Shown here: positions 1 to 20,774 of the stretch, in pieces
Numbering within the stretch: the stretch's first letter is position 1
Layout: each line of letters opens with the position of its first letter
From: the human T2T-CHM13v2.0 reference genome, Homo sapiens
Assembly (NCBI RefSeq): GCF_009914755.1
Contig: NC_060945.1
Reading direction: 5' to 3' (one strand)
DNA length: 64,000 nt
Translations under genes and position numbers: made by a program
Notes under the pieces: generated by a model
What the model saw: only the letters and a program-made list of their open reading frames with translations
Databases searched by the model: none
Told to the model about the DNA's origin: nothing

Positions 1-1032
1 CTTCTTTTGTGTTTTAGCTGAATTTGTGTGCAGCACATTGTTGCTCCAGCTTAAAAACCTCCTGTGTGGTAAATGCTTGGCAGCCCTGGGGAAGGCAATG
101 AACACGGTGAAATTCAGTGCAGTGTGGTAAGACAAGGAGAGCATGAATAATATTTGGAGATCTAGCACACCTTAGTGGAAACAATTATTATTACAACTGC
201 TTTGAAGACATTTGAATTTTAAACTCCATTGTTTGTGAAATTCTATTTTGACTAAATAGAGGGACTTTGTTCAGGCTTTTGTTGTCTTTAGCATGATGTG
301 TTTCTTTCCTAAACTCCCCACAGATAAGAAGATAAATTTGATCATGAATTTCTAAAAGTAGAAATCATAGGTTTTTTAGAATTAGCATAAAATTATTGTA
401 CAACCCTCCATGGGCTATCAAATTGGGAGCAATCCAATTTTATTTGCCATCATGGTCACATATAAAGTGTCAGATTATTCTTGTTAGATGATTATTGTAC
501 ATTTAACTTAGAAAAGCTTCTCAGGTCTGCTCCTGAGATGCTTGAAAGACTTTTGGTTTAAATAGGTTGCATATGTTCTGCTGTTAATGGCTGACCGTTT
601 TTATTTCATATTACTAAAATGTAATCAAGAAAAAGAGAGTAGAAAATACATCACAAATATTCAGTCTACTATCTAGACAATTTCAAAAGCTTTCAATTTT
701 ATCTCCTGTTCCATTATCTTCAATTGTAGAGTTTGGATAGGAAAAGAATTCAAAAATAAATACAAAACATTCATTCCAATACATGAAGAAAATTAGCCCT
801 GTTCATGTACATTTTCTAATATGGATATGTTTCTAAAAATCAGAATATAATATTTATGGAGTCATTAGTAAAATGCACTTGATTATCTAAGAATCTCAAC
901 TGCTTGATGCTTGATCAAAAACTAGGTAGAAACTAAATCATGCCTATCAACAATTAAATATTTCTGAAAAGGGGACTTCCAAAATGGTAGAATAAGAAGC
1001 TCAGCAAATACTTCCCCTAAAAAGTGACAACA

Positions 1033-7280
<6,248 letters not shown>

Positions 7281-8149
7281 AAAAAGTGACCACAAATCTA
7301 AAGAAAATTGTCAAAAACAACTATTTGAAGACTCCATAAATTGTCCAAAATCATGCAACAAATTGAGATGAATTTATTCAGGAAAAGCCTCCAGGAAGGA
7401 CAGTGGGAGTCTGGGGCATTTATATCGGGAGCTGCTCCCTTCCCCCACTACCTTCCAGCTTTGTTAGCATGGTAGATACTTGAAGGTAGGACAAGCTGTG
7501 AAAAATAGCAGCTTTGCTGTTGGAGGGGGGATCACTTAGTTTGAAGTGGAGCACCAAGCAACTCTATGTCCGGGGGCATTATTGAAAATAGTCGCAATCT
7601 CTGTGGCAAACAAATAGGGAAGGTCAACCACATAGCTATCCTAAGCTTGAGGTCCTAGCCAGAGCAAGCAACAAAGTGGCAAACTAGCTAGAAAATGAAC
7701 AAGAAGAGTGGGGAATGAGATGATATTATTGGGACTTGATAAGTTCCTCTCTGTCTCTGGAAATTTGGAAGGCTGCACAGATGCACATGTGTAGGAGAAA
7801 CCAGAAAGGGCCCTAGCCATCCATTCATCCCTGACTGAATATGAAATCTTGTGAATGCACAGAAGAAATGTGAGAGGTCCTAAAAGAAAGCAAAAGCTGA
7901 AACTGACTTGTGAACTGCCTGAATTTTGAATATGTTCCCAAACATACAGTCAAGTCAATGCAAAGAGGGTGAAAATATTACTGGGTCAAGGTAGTTGAGC
8001 ATGTTTCCTGAACAATCATTGGCTAACCACTAAGCTATGCTGTCACAAGGGTGAACCCCTAAGAGGCTACCGTTAAGAATGCTAAAAAGATTATTTAAAA
8101 AAAAAAAGAAAAGAAAAACTGAGTAGAAACATCAGAGAATGCATTCTGT

Positions 8150-8200
8150 CAAAAAAAAGAAAAAGAAAAAAGAAAGAAAGAAAGAAAGAAAACGAAAAAA
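8150..8200 (+). repeat. A/GAAA-rich simple repeat
   Basis: aaaaaaaagaaaaagaaaaaagaaagaaagaaagaaag. Confidence 0.8.
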
Positions 8201-8407
8201 GACTCCACATGTTTGGTCCTGGAAAATTACTAAACACAGACACCAGCAACAACAATCTACAACAACAAAAAAAATCAGAATCCAGAGTTGCAACAATACA
8301 TTATGTGTAACTAGACATATGCCTAGTTATAAGAACAAAAAAAATACAGACATGTAAAGAAACAAGAAAAGGTGCCCCAAACAAATGGGGTGAAAAGGCA
8401 GTCAGGA

Positions 8408-11400
8408 AGAGAGGCAGAGTAAGATGGCAGAATAGAAAGTTCCACCAACTGTTCCCCCATAAGGACACCAATTTAACTATCGACACAGAAGGAAAAAAAT
8501 ACCTTTATAAGAACCAAAAATCAGGTGAGCCCTCATAGTACTTGGTTTTAACTATGTAATGATGAAAAACACACTGAAGAGACAGAAAAAACAATCTTGA
8601 ATCTCCAATGCCAGCCCCCCACACCACAACCCTGGGAGCAGTGGCATGGTGCAGACAGCATCTCTGGGTGCTGGGGAAGCACAGCAATTGTGAGGCATTG
8701 GCCTCAGTGCTGTCCTGTTAGAGCAGAAAGGGAAACTGGACCAAACTCAGCTGACACTCACCCAGGAAGGGAACATTTAACCAGCACTAGCCAGAGAGGA
8801 ATTGCCAATCCCAGCGGTCCCAATTTGAGTTCCTGCAAACCTTGGCACTTAAGGCCAAAGTGCTCTGTGTCTCCAAATAAACTTGAAAGGTAGCCTAGGC
8901 CATAAGGACTGAAAGTCTTAGGTGAGTTCTAGGGCTTAACTGGGCCCAGAAGACGATGGACTTTGGGGGCACATGACGTACTGAGACATCAGCTGGGACA
9001 GCCAAGAGAGCGTTGACATCACCCCTTCTCTAACCCCAGGATGCACAGCTCACAGCTCGAAAATAGTCCCCATCCTTCCACTTGAAGAGAAGAGAGGAAG
9101 AGTGTGGGTGACTTTGTCTTGCATTTTGGATGCTAGCTCAGCCACAGCAGGATGGGGCACTAGTTAGAGTTGTAAGTCCTTTGATACAGGCCTTAGCTCC
9201 CAGACCACATTTCTAGACACGGCCTGAGCCAGAAAATAAATCCTCTGCCTTGAAGTCAAGAAACAAGTCCTGACAACATTTATCACCTAACTGAAGAACC
9301 GTTGGGCCCTGAACAACCAGATCTACACCCAGATACTGTCAAGGGCCTTGGGTGAGCCTCTGAGGCTTACTGGCTTTAGGTGAGATTCAACATATTACCA
9401 GCAGTGGTGGTGAAGGGATGAAATTCCTTCTACTTGAGAAAAGCAGAGGAAAAAGTAAAGGAGACTTTGTCTTGCACCTCAGGTACTAACTCAACCACGG
9501 CAGGGTAGAGCACCAAGCAGGCTCCTGGGGGTGTGGGGGGGGGGGGTCCCCGATTTCAGCACTGGATTCTCGGACAGCATCTCTGGACCTGCCCTGGGCT
9601 GGAGGGGAGCTTCCTGCCCTAAAGGTTGAGTCCCAGGCCAGGGAAAATTCACAATAAGCTGACTTAACCCTTGAGCTTTAAGGAAATATCAGTGGTGTCT
9701 GGCAGAATGCTTGATGGGACTGTGGTGGGAGAGGCTTCTCTGCCTTTGGGAAAAAAAGGGAAGAGTGGGAAGCACTGTGTCTTGTGGTTTGAGTGCCACC
9801 TTAGGTGCAGTACAATAGAACACCAGGTAGACTTCTAAGCTTTTTGCCTCTAGACCCCAACTCCAAGGTGGCATCTCTGGACCCACCTTAGGCCTGGGGA
9901 AAGTCACCACCTTTAATGGAAGAACAGATGCCTGGCTGACTCTGCCACCTGCTGATTGTATAACCCCAGAACCTTGAGCAAACAAAGGCAGTACACAGGA
10001 AATGGATACAGGTGGCCTTGGGGGAGAACCAGTGTTGTGCTGGCTTCAGGTCTGACTCAGTGCAGTCATAGTGATGGTGGCTTGTGTCATTCCATCTCCA
10101 GCTTTAGACGGCTCAGAACAGGGAGACATACTCTGTTAGGAAGAAAGGGAAGAGAATAGGAGTCTCTGCCTGGTAATCCAGAGAATCCTGCTGAATCTTG
10201 TATAAGACCATTAAAGCAATATCTCTATGAGTCTGCAAGAACTACAGCATTACTGGCTTGGAATGCCCCCATAAAACAGATAAAGTTTAGATCATAACAC
10301 CCAAGTCCTTTCAAATATTTTGAAAACCTGCCCAATAAGGAAGGGTACAAACAATTCCAGACTGAGAAGACTACAATGAATACATAACTCTTCAATACTC
10401 AGACACAGAGAAACCTCTGCAGGTATCAAGGCATTCCAGGAAAGCATGACATCACCAAATGAACTAAATAAGTCACCAGGAATGAATACTGGAGAAACAG
10501 AGATATGTGACCTTTTAGACACAGGATTCATAATGGCCTTTTTAAGGACACTCAAATAAATTCAAGATAACACAAAGAAGGAATTAAGAATTCTATCAGA
10601 AAAATTTAACAGAGATTAAAATAATTTGAAAGAATCAAGCAGAAGTTCTGGAGCTGAAAAATGCAATTGGCACACTGAAGAATGTACTAGAGTCCTTTAG
10701 TAGCAGAATTGATCAAGCAGAAAGAAGAATTAGTGAGCCTGAAGACAATTTATTTGAAAACACACAGGGGAGAAAAAAGGAAAAAAGAATGAACAATAAA
10801 GCACACCTACAGGAAGGAAAGAAAGAAGAATACACCACAAAAAAACCAGAAAACACATTTAAAAAATGGCAGAAGTAAGTCCTTACTTATCAATAATAAC
10901 ATTGAATGTAAGTGGATTAAATCCTTTAATCAAAAGACATAGACTGAATGAAAAAAAAGACTGAATGAATGAAAAAACAAGACCCATTGATCTGTTGCCA
11001 TCAAGAAATACATTTCACCCATCAAGACACACATAGACTAAAAATAAAGGGATGGAAAAAGATATTTCATAGCTAAAAAAAAGAACATGAGTAGCTATAA
11101 TTATCTTAGATAAAATAGATTTTGAGACAAAACTATAAGAGAAAAATGTCACTATACAATAATAAAGTGGCAAATTCAACAAGAGAATATAACAACTTTA
11201 AATATATATGTACCCAACATTAGAGAACCTATATGTATAAAGAAAATATTATTAGAGCTAAAGAGAGATGGGCCCCAATACAATAATAGCTGGAGATTTC
11301 AACACTCCACTTTCAGCATTGAACAGATCTTCCAGATACAAAATCAACAAAGAAACGTCATACTCAGTCTTCACTAAAGACCAAATGGGTCTAATAGATA

Positions 11401-11714
11401 TTTACAGAACATTTCATTCAGTGGCTGCAGAATACACATTTTTTCTCAGCACATGAATTATTCTCAAAAAACAGGCCATATGTTAGGTCACAAAACAAGG
11501 TTTAAAACTCACAATGAAATAAAATTAGAAATTGATAACAAGAGGAATTTTGGAAACTGTACAAATACATGGATATAAACCAATGCATTCCTGAATGTCC
11601 AGTGAATCAATAAAGAAATCAAGAAAGAAACTAAAAAATGTCTTGAAACAGATGATAATGGAAACACAACATCCTAAACCTATGATCAGGGATACAGCAA
11701 AAGCAATATTAAGA
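8408..11714 (+). mobile_element. Old L1 (L1PB/L1MA-type long 5' UTR, partial ORF1, ORF2 endonuclease), 3' truncated
   Basis: GAGTAAGATGGCAGAATAG start; 5' UTR homologous to 48909-50110; EN motif IIAGDFNTPLS (ORF 11268); internal deletion near 10812. Confidence 0.8.
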
Positions 11715-12853
11715 CTCTGTCTTTTGTAAATAGCCCAGTCTTGAGTATGTTTTTATTAGCAGAATGAAAATGGACTAATACAGTGAATTGCTGCTGGTAG
11801 AGTGGGGCATTGCTAAAAAGGTACCCAAAAATGTAGAAGCAAATTTGGAACTTGGTAACAGGAAGAGGTTGGAACAGTTTGGATGGCTCAGAAGAAGACT
11901 GGAAAATGTGGGAAAGTTTGGAACTTCCTACAGACTTGTTGAATGGCTTTGCCCAAAATGCTGATAGTGATATGGACAATAAAATCCAGGCTGAGGTGGT
12001 CCCAGATGAACAAGAGGAATTTGTTGGAAACTGGAGCAAAAGTGACTCATGTTACAGCAAAGAGACTGGTGGCATTTTGCTCCTACCCTAGAGATTTGAG
12101 AAACTTTGAACTTGAGAGAAATGATTTTGGGTATCTGGTAGAAGAAATGTCTAAGCAGAAAAGCATTTAAGAGGTGACTTGGGTGCTGTTAAAGGCATTC
12201 AGCTTTGTAAGGGAAGCAGAGCATATAAGTTCAGAAAATTTACAGCCTGACAATGTGATAGAAAAAAAAAGTCCTATTTTCTGAGGCGAAATTCAAGCCA
12301 GCTGCAGATATTTGCATAAGTAATGAGAATCTGAACGTTAATTCCCAAGACAATGGGGAAAATGTCTCCAGGGCATATCAGAGGTCTTCACAGCAGCCCT
12401 GGAAGCCAAGGAAGAAAAGATGACTTCATGGACCAGGCTAAGAGTCCCAGTGCTGGGTGCAGTCTAGGGACTTGGTGCCCTGCATCCCAGCTGCTCCAGC
12501 TGTGACTAAAAGGGGCCAAGCTACAGTTCAGGCCATGGCTTTAGAGGGTTGAAGCCCCATCTATTGGCAGCTTGCACATGGTGTTGAGTCTGTGGGTGCA
12601 CAGGAGTCGAGAATTAAGGTTTGGAAACCTCCACCTATATTTCAGGAGATGTATGGAAATGCCTGGATGCCCAGGCAAAAGTTTGCTGCAGGGATGGGGT
12701 GCTCATGGGGGACCTCTGCTAGGGCAGAGCAGAAGGGAAATGTGGGGATGAAGCCCCCCACACAGAGTCCCCATTGGGGCACTGCCTAGTGGAGCTGTGA
12801 GAAGAGGTCCAACATCCTTCAGACCCCAGAATGGTAGATCCACCTACAGTTTG
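11715..12853 (+). mobile_element. THE1 (MaLR) fragment: LTR 3' end (11715-11782) plus internal sequence
   Basis: ...GAAAATGGACTAATACA LTR end, then THE1-int (GAGGTTGGAACAGTTTGGA...GGAAAATGTGGGAAAGTTTGGAAC; MaLR ORF peptide GRGWNSLDGSEED). Confidence 0.88.
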
Positions 12854-15800
12854 GTAGACCAAGCAGAAGAAAAGATATCAGAGCTTGAATACTACCTTGA
12901 TGAGATAAGGCAGGCAGAGAAGATTAGAGGAAAAAGAAAGAAAAGGAGCAAACAAAACTGCTGAGAACTATCAGATTATGTTACAGGATGGAACCTACAA
13001 CTAATAGGGGTACCTAAAAGAGATGGAGAAAACAGAACCAAGTTGGAAACACACTTTAGAGTCATCCAGGAGAACTTCCCCAACCTAGCAAGACAGGCCA
13101 ACATTCAAATTCAGGAAATCCAGAGAACCTCAGTAAGATACACCATGAGAAAATCAATCTCAAGACACACAATCATCAGATTCTCTAAGGTCAAAATGGG
13201 AAAAAAAAAAAAAAAAAAAGCAGTTACGTGCAGCCAGAGAGAAAGGCCAGGTCACTTATAAATGGAACCCCATCAGACTAACAGCAAAATTCCCACAAGC
13301 CAAAAGGGATTGGAGGCCAATATTCAACATTCTTAAAGAAAAGAATTTCCAGCCTAGAATTTCATGTCTGGTCTAAGTTTCATAAGCAAAGGAGAAATAA
13401 AATCTTTTTTAGACAAGCAAATGCTGAGGAAATTTATTAACACCAGGACTGCCTGGCTCCTGAAGGAAGCATTAAATATGGAAAAGAAAAATCTTTACCA
13501 GCCACTACAACAACACACTGAGGTACACAAACTAATGATACTATGAAGCAACTACAGAAACAAGTCTGCAAAATAACCAGCTAGCATCATGACGACAGGT
13601 TCCAACTCACACATAACAATATTTACCTTAAATGTAAATCGGCAAAATGCCCCAATTAAAAGACACAGAATGACAAGCTGGATAAAGAGTTAAGATCCAT
13701 TGGTGTGCTGTATTCAAGAGACCCATCTCAAATGCAAACACACACATAGACTCAAAATAAAAGAATGGAGGAAAATTTACCAAGCAAATGGAAAACAGAA
13801 AAAAGCAGGGGTTGATATCCTAGTTTATGACAAAATAGACATTAAACCAACAAAGATCAAAAAAGACAAAGAAAAGAATTATATAATAAAACAGGTGTCA
13901 ATTTAACAAGAAAAGCTAACTATCATAAATATATATGCCTCCAATACAGGAGCACCCAGATTCACAAAACAAGTTCTTAGAGACCTACAAAGAGATTTAG
14001 ACTCCCACACAATAATAGTGGGTGACTTTAACACCCCACTGACAATATTATACAGAAAATTAACAATGATATTCAGGACTTGAACTCAGCTCTGGAACCA
14101 GTGGACCTGATAGATATCTACAGAACTCTCCACCCCAAAACAACAGAATATACATTATTTTTGGTGCCACATGGCACTTATTCTAAAATTGGTTACATAA
14201 TTAACAGTAAATCATTCCTCAGCCAATGAAAAAGAACTAAAATCATAACAGTCTCTCAGACCACAGTGCAATCAAATTAGAACTCAAGATTAAGAAACTC
14301 ACTCAAAACCACACAACTACATGGAAATTGAACAAACTGCTTTTGAATGACTTCTGGGTAAATAATGAAATTAAGGCAGAAATCAAGAAGTTCTTTGAAA
14401 CCAATGAGAACAAAGAGACAATGTACCAGAATCTCTGGGATGCAACTAAGGCAGTGTTAAGAGGAAATATTATAGTACTAAATGCCTATATCAAAAAGCT
14501 AGAAAGATCTCAAATCAAAACTCTAACATAACAACTAAAACCAAGAGCAAAAAAAAACACCTCAAAGCTAGCAGAAGACAAGAAATAACCAAGCTCAGAG
14601 CATAACTGAATCAGATAGAGACATGAAAAACCCTTCAAAAGAAATCAATGAATACAGAAGCTGTTTTTTTGAAAAAAAAAAAAAGACATAGACTGCTAGC
14701 TAGACTAATAAAGAAGAAAAGAGAAGAATCAAATAAACACAATAAAAACTGATAAAGGGAACATTGCCACTGATCCACAGAAATACAAACAATCCTCACA
14801 GAATACTATAAACACCTCTATGCAAATAAGCTAGAAAATCTAGAAGAAATTTATAAATTCCTGGACATATACAACCTCCCAAGACTGAACCAGGAAGAAG
14901 TCGAATCCCTGAATAGACCAATAACATGTTCTGAAATTGAGGCAGTAATAAATAACCTATGAACCAAAAAAAGCCCAGGATCAGATGGATTTACAGCCGA
15001 ATTTTACCAGAAGTACAAAGAGGACCTGACACCCTTTCTTCTGAAACTATTCCAAATAATTGAAAAGGAGAGACTCCTCCCTAACTGTTCTATGAGGCCA
15101 GAATCATCCTGATACCAAAACCTGGCAGAGACAAAACAAAAATAGAAAACTTCAGGCCAGTATCCCTAATGAACACTGATGCAAAAATTCTCAATAAAAC
15201 ACTGGTAAAGCAAATAAAGCAGTACATCAAAAAGCTTATCCAACATCATCAAGTTGGCTTCATCATTGGGATGCAAGACTGGTTCAGCATATGCAAATCA
15301 ATAAAAAAAATTCATCACATAAACAGATCTAAAGACAAAAACCACATGATTATCTCAATAGATGCACAAAAAGCCTTTGGTAAAATTCAACATCCCTTCA
15401 TGTTAAAAACTCTCAATAAACTAGGTATTAAAGGAACATACCTCAAAATAATGAGTCATTTATTACAAACCCACAGCCAATATCATACTGAATGGGCAAA
15501 ACCTGGAAGCATTCCCCTTGGAAATCAGCACAAGACAAGTATGCCCTCTCTCACTACTCCTTTTCAACACAATATTGGAAGTTCTCACCAGGGCAATCGG
15601 GCAACAGAAAGAAATAAAAGTATTCAAATAGGAAGAGAGGAAGTCAAACTGTCTCTGTTTGCAGATGACATAATCCTATATCTAGAAAACCCCATCATCT
15701 CAGGCCAAAAGCTTCTTAAGCTGATAAGCAATGCCAGCAAAGTCTCAGGATACAAAATCAATGTGCAAAAGCACAAGCATTTCTATACACCAACAACAGG

Positions 15801-17852
15801 CAAGCAGAGAGCCAAATCATGAATGAACTTCCATTCACAATTGCTACAAAGAGAATAAAATACCTAGGAATAAAGCTAACAAGGGAATTGAAGGCCCTCC
15901 TCAAGAAGAACTACAAATGACTGCTCAAGGAAATCAGAAAGGACACAAGCAGATGGAAAAGCATTCCATGCTCATGGATAGAAGAATCAATATCATGGAA
16001 ATGGCCATAGTACCCAAAATAATTTATAGATTCAATGCTATTCCCATTAAACTACCATTGATATTCTTCAGAGAATTCTTAGAAATTCTTAGAAAAAGCT
16101 ATTTTAAAATTCATATGGAACCAGAAAAGAGTTCATATAGCCAAGAAAATCCTAAGCAAAAGGAACAAAGCTGGAGGCATCATGCTACCAGACTTCAAAC
16201 TATACTACAAGGCTACAGTAACCAAAACGGCATGATATTGGTACAAAAACAGATATATAAACCAATGTGAAATAATAGAGAACTCAGAAGTAAGACCACA
16301 CATATACAACCACCTGATCTTCAACAACCCCAACAAAAACAAGCAATGGGGAAAGGATTCCCTATTTAATAAATGGTGCTGGGAGAACTGGCTAGCCGTA
16401 TGAATAAAATTGAAACTGTACCCCTTCCTTACACCTTATACAAAAATTAACTTAAGATGGGTTAAATATTTAAATATAAAACCCAAAGCTATAAAAGCAC
16501 TACAAGAAAATCTAGGCAATACCATTCAGGACATAGGCACAGGCAAAGATTTCATGACAAAATCGCCAAAAGCAATTGTGACAAAAGCAAAAGTTGACAA
16601 ATGGGATCTAATTAAACTAAAAGAGCTTCTGCACAGCAAATGAAACTATCATCTGAGTGAACAAGCAACCTAAAAAATGAGAGAAAATTTTTGAAATCTA
16701 TCAATCTGGCAAAGGTCTAATTCCAGAATCTACAAGGAACTTAAACAAATTTACAAAAAACAAAAAAAACAACCCCATCAAAAAGTGGGCAAAGGACATG
16801 AACAGAAGCTTCTCAAAATAAGACATTCCTGCAGCCAACAAACATATGAAAAAAGGCTCAACATCACTGATCATTAGAGAAGTGCAAGTCAAAATACAAT
16901 AATATACCATCTCACACCAAATAGATTGGCAATTATTAAAAAGTCAAGAAACCACAGATACTGGCAAGGTTGTAGAGAAATAGTGCAGACATAATCTGCA
17001 CTGTAGACCAAATGCATCCAATAGATATTTACAAAACATTTTATCTAAGAGCTACAGAATACATAATTTTTTCCTCAGCATATAAATCAATCTCCAGAAT
17101 AGACCATAGGTTAAGTCACAAAACAAATCTTAAAACATTTGAAATAATATCAAACATCTTCTCTAACCACAATGAAATAAAATTAGAAAATAATAGGAAT
17201 GCTTTTACACTGTTGGTGGAAATGTAAGTTAGTTCAACCATTATGAAAGACTGTGCAGGGATTCCTCAAAGATCTAGAACCAGAAATACCATTTGACCCA
17301 CCAATCCCATTACTGGGTATGTAACCCCAAATTATAAATCATTCTATTACAAAGATACATGCACACGTATATTGATTGCAGCACTATTCACAATAGCAGG
17401 GACATGGAATAACCCAAATGCCCAACAATGCTAGACTGGATTTAAAAAATATGGTACATATACACCATGGAGTATTATGCAGCCATAAAAGGAATGAGAT
17501 CATGTTCTCTGCAAGGGCATGGATGAAGCTGGAAGCCATTATCCTCAGCAAAGTAACACAGGAAAAGAAAATCAAATGCCACATATTCCCACTCATAAGT
17601 GGGAGCTGAAAGATGAGAACACATGGACACAGGGAGGGGAATAACACACACTTGGGGGGCCTGTCATGTGGTGGGGTGGGGGGAAGGAGAGCATTAGAAA
17701 AAATTGTTAATGCATGCTGGGCTTAATACCTAGGTGATGGGTTGACAGATGCAGCAAGCCACCATGGCACACATTTACCTATGTAACAAACCTGCATATT
17801 CTGCACATGTACCCCCAGAACTTAAAATAAAAATAAAATTTGTTTAAAAAAA
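12854..17852 (+). mobile_element. 5'-truncated L1 (L1PA10-PA13-like), mid-ORF1 to polyA
   Basis: Degenerate ORF1/ORF2 peptides (IQENFPNLARQANIQ; SLFADD; PLISGS*), 3' UTR with AATGCATGCTGGGCTTAATACCTAGG, A-rich tail. Confidence 0.88.
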
Positions 17853-18147
17853 GATCATTACAGTCACATCTGGGGTATCTTTTCTGGAGAACAAAGAATA
17901 AAATTGTGATAACAATAAATTATCAAATAGCATCTGAGGTTGAAAACTGAAAATATAAAAAAGAAACAAATGCAAATTATGAAGTTGAAAAGTACAATAA
18001 CTGAAATGAAAAACTGACTAGCATGAATCAAGAGTACATTTGAGATGATAGCAAAAGGAATAAGTAAAATTAAAAGTAGATCAATATAAATCATTTAATC
18101 TGAGTTTAAAGAGTTTGGGAGGAGAACTAAAAGAAGAAACAGATCTT

Positions 18148-18387
18148 CAGCCACACGGTACTTACGGGTATCAATTTCAAGATCCCCCATAGATACAAAA
18201 ATCCATGGATGCCTAATACAATCTAAATGCTATGTAAATAGTTGTTAAACTCTATTGTTTAGGGAATGGTGACCAAAAAATGTCTGTATATGTTCAATAC
18301 AGACACAAACGTCCTTTTTTCCCAAAAATTCTTGATCCAGTTAATTGATTCGTGGATGTGGAACTCACAGATTCAGTGGGCCAACTA
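18148..18387 (+). mobile_element. MER2 (Tigger-derived MITE), internally deleted
   Basis: AAAATCCATGGATGC..CTAATACAATCTAAATGCTATGTAAATAGTTG..GGATGTGGAACTCACAGAT..GGGCCAACT resembles the MER2 consensus and degenerate TIRs. Confidence 0.8.
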
Positions 18388-18389
18388 TA

Positions 18390-18875
18390 TGTACAATAGA
18401 ATATTATTCAGCACCCCCCAAAAAAAATTTTGCCATTTGCAACAACATGGATGAGCCTACAGGACATTATGCGAAGTGAAATAAGCCAGACACAAAAAGA
18501 AAAATACTGCATAATCTCATTTACATTTGAAATCCAAAGCTGAACTCATAGAAACATAGAGTAAAAAACTGATTGCAAGGAGCTGGTCAATGGCAGAAAT
18601 AAAGATATTTTGGACAGAGGTTACAAAATTTGGTTATAAGATGAATAAGTTCTGGAGATCTAAAGTAAATCATTGTAACTATAGTTAATATTAATGTATT
18701 GTATACTTGAAATTGCTTAAAAAATAGATCTTACATGTTCTCACAATGAAAAACAATATTTATATAAGGTGATGAATATGTTAATTGTGGTAATCACATT
18801 ACAATGTATACATATATCAAAATGTCACATTATTATACAAGGCTAAATATACACAATCTTTATTTGTCAATAATG
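18390..18875 (+). mobile_element. L1MA8/L1MA9-like 3' end fragment
   Basis: GCCATTTGCAACAACATGGATG..AAGTGAAATAAGCCAG..ATAAGATGAATAAGTTCTGGAGATC..TTTATTTGTCAAT. Confidence 0.75.
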
Positions 18876-18889
18876 ACTATATTATATAT

Positions 18890-19295
18890 ATTAAAGTAAC
18901 TAGGAATATAAAGACTCATTATGATAAATGGTATATACAAAAGCCCTTCAGCTAATATTATACTTAATAGTAAAACATTGAATGCTTTCTTCTTAATGGC
19001 GGGAACAAACAAATGATTTCCACTACTACTTCCTCTATTCAATAATATACTGGCAGTTACAGCCGATTCAATAAGGCAAAATAAGAAAAAAAGAAAAAGA
19101 AAAAAATTAAACCTTCTATAATGAAAATAAAGAAGTAAACCTGTCTTTATTTGCTGATGACATAATCCTGTTTGTGAAAATTCCTGAGGAATACACAAAA
19201 ACTGCCAGAACTAATAAGTTCAGAAGGTGGCAGAATACACACAATATACAAAACTTTACTCTATTTTCTATACTAGTAAAAAAAAAAAAAAAAAA
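18890..19295 (+). mobile_element. Old L1M ORF2 (RT) fragment
   Basis: TTTGCTGATGACATAAT (FADD) and flanking degenerate RT sequence. Confidence 0.65.
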
Positions 19296-19300
19296 AATCT

Positions 19301-19557
19301 GGGCCAGGCATTGTGGCTCACACCTGTAATCTCAGCACTTTAGCAGGAGGCTGAGGGAGGAGGATCATTTGATGTCAGAAGTCTGAGATCTGCTGGAGCA
19401 ACAAAGTGACACCCCATCTCTACAAAAAAATTTTAAAAGTTAGCCAGGCATAGTGGAATGTACCTGTAGCCCCAGCTACTCAGGAAGCTGAGTTTAGAAA
19501 AATGCTTGCACTCAGGAGTTGGAGGCTGCAGTGAGCCATAATTGTGCCACTGCACTT
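19301..19557 (+). mobile_element. AluJ, 3' truncated
   Basis: GGCCAGGCATTGTGGCTCACACCTGTAATC...GCCACTGCACT, no tail. Confidence 0.88.
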
Positions 19558-20774
19558 TTGTGCACTGCCTGCATCCTAACACCCCCTTACTGCAAATGCT
19601 AGCAAAGAGGCCAGCACCCTTGCAATTGCCAACACCCCACCACAGCCAGTGAGCGCATGCTTTGCTGTACTGCCATTGATGCTGGTATGTGTGAATGAGG
19701 ATGGATTTTGCTGTCACCACTCTACAAACTGTTCTTTGTCTGGCAACACCCACCAGAGTGTTGTGACCAGCAGTCCAGGAATACCTTGCCCCTCCAGTGC
19801 AGCAGGTTCCTAACCCTGAGGGGCCAGAGGACAAAGCCAGGGACCCAATACCAGTCCTCCAGAGTTAGAGGACATGGTCCAGAAGTCTTGAGCAGAGTCT
19901 TGGCCCCCAAAAATCTTCCAGAAATGAAGCCAGTTTACTGAATCCACCTCACACTACAATCAAACCCCCAAGGACATCTAATAAAATAAAATGAGAAGAA
20001 AACCATCCAAAGGATAGCTACATCAAAGCTTCAAAGAACATCAGCCCACAAAGATGAGGAAGAACCAGCACAAGAACTCTGGCAACTCAAAAATCCAGAG
20101 TGTCTTCTTACCTCCAAATGATAACACTAGTTTCCTAACAATGGTTCTTAATCAGGCTGAGATGGCTGAAATGATAGAAATAGAATTCAGAATATGGACA
20201 GAAACAAAGATCATTGACATACAGGAGAAAGTGAAAACCCAATCCAAGGAATCTAAGGATTACAATAAAACAATATAGGAGGTGATAGATAAAATGGTCA
20301 TTAAAAGAGAGAACCACACTGATCTGACAGAGCTGAAAAACACACTACAAGAATTTCATAATGCAATCACAAGTATTAACAGCAGAATTGACCAAACTGA
20401 GGAAAGAATATCAGGGCTTGAAGACTCTCTCTAAAACAACTCAGTCAGAGAAAAATTTTAAAAAAAATAAAGAATGAACAAAAGCTCTGAGAAATATGCC
20501 ATTATGAAAAGAAACACATTCTACGATTCACTGGCGTTTGTGAAAGAAAGGAAGAGAAATTAACCAGCTTGGAAAACATTTTTCAGGATATTGTCCATAA
20601 AAATTTCCCCAACCACACTAGAGAAGCCAATATTCAAATTCAGAAAATTTAGAGAATCCCTGTGAAATACTAAACAAGAAGACCATCCCCAAGACATATA
20701 GTCATCAGATTCTCCAAGGTCAAAATGAAAGAAAACCTGACAAGAAAGCTAGAGAGAAAGTGCAGGCTGCCTAC

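Noticed and set aside
1-968. Possible exon or regulatory element in the only apparently non-repeat stretch
   Set aside because: AT-rich, with no ORF or recognisable motif that I can support
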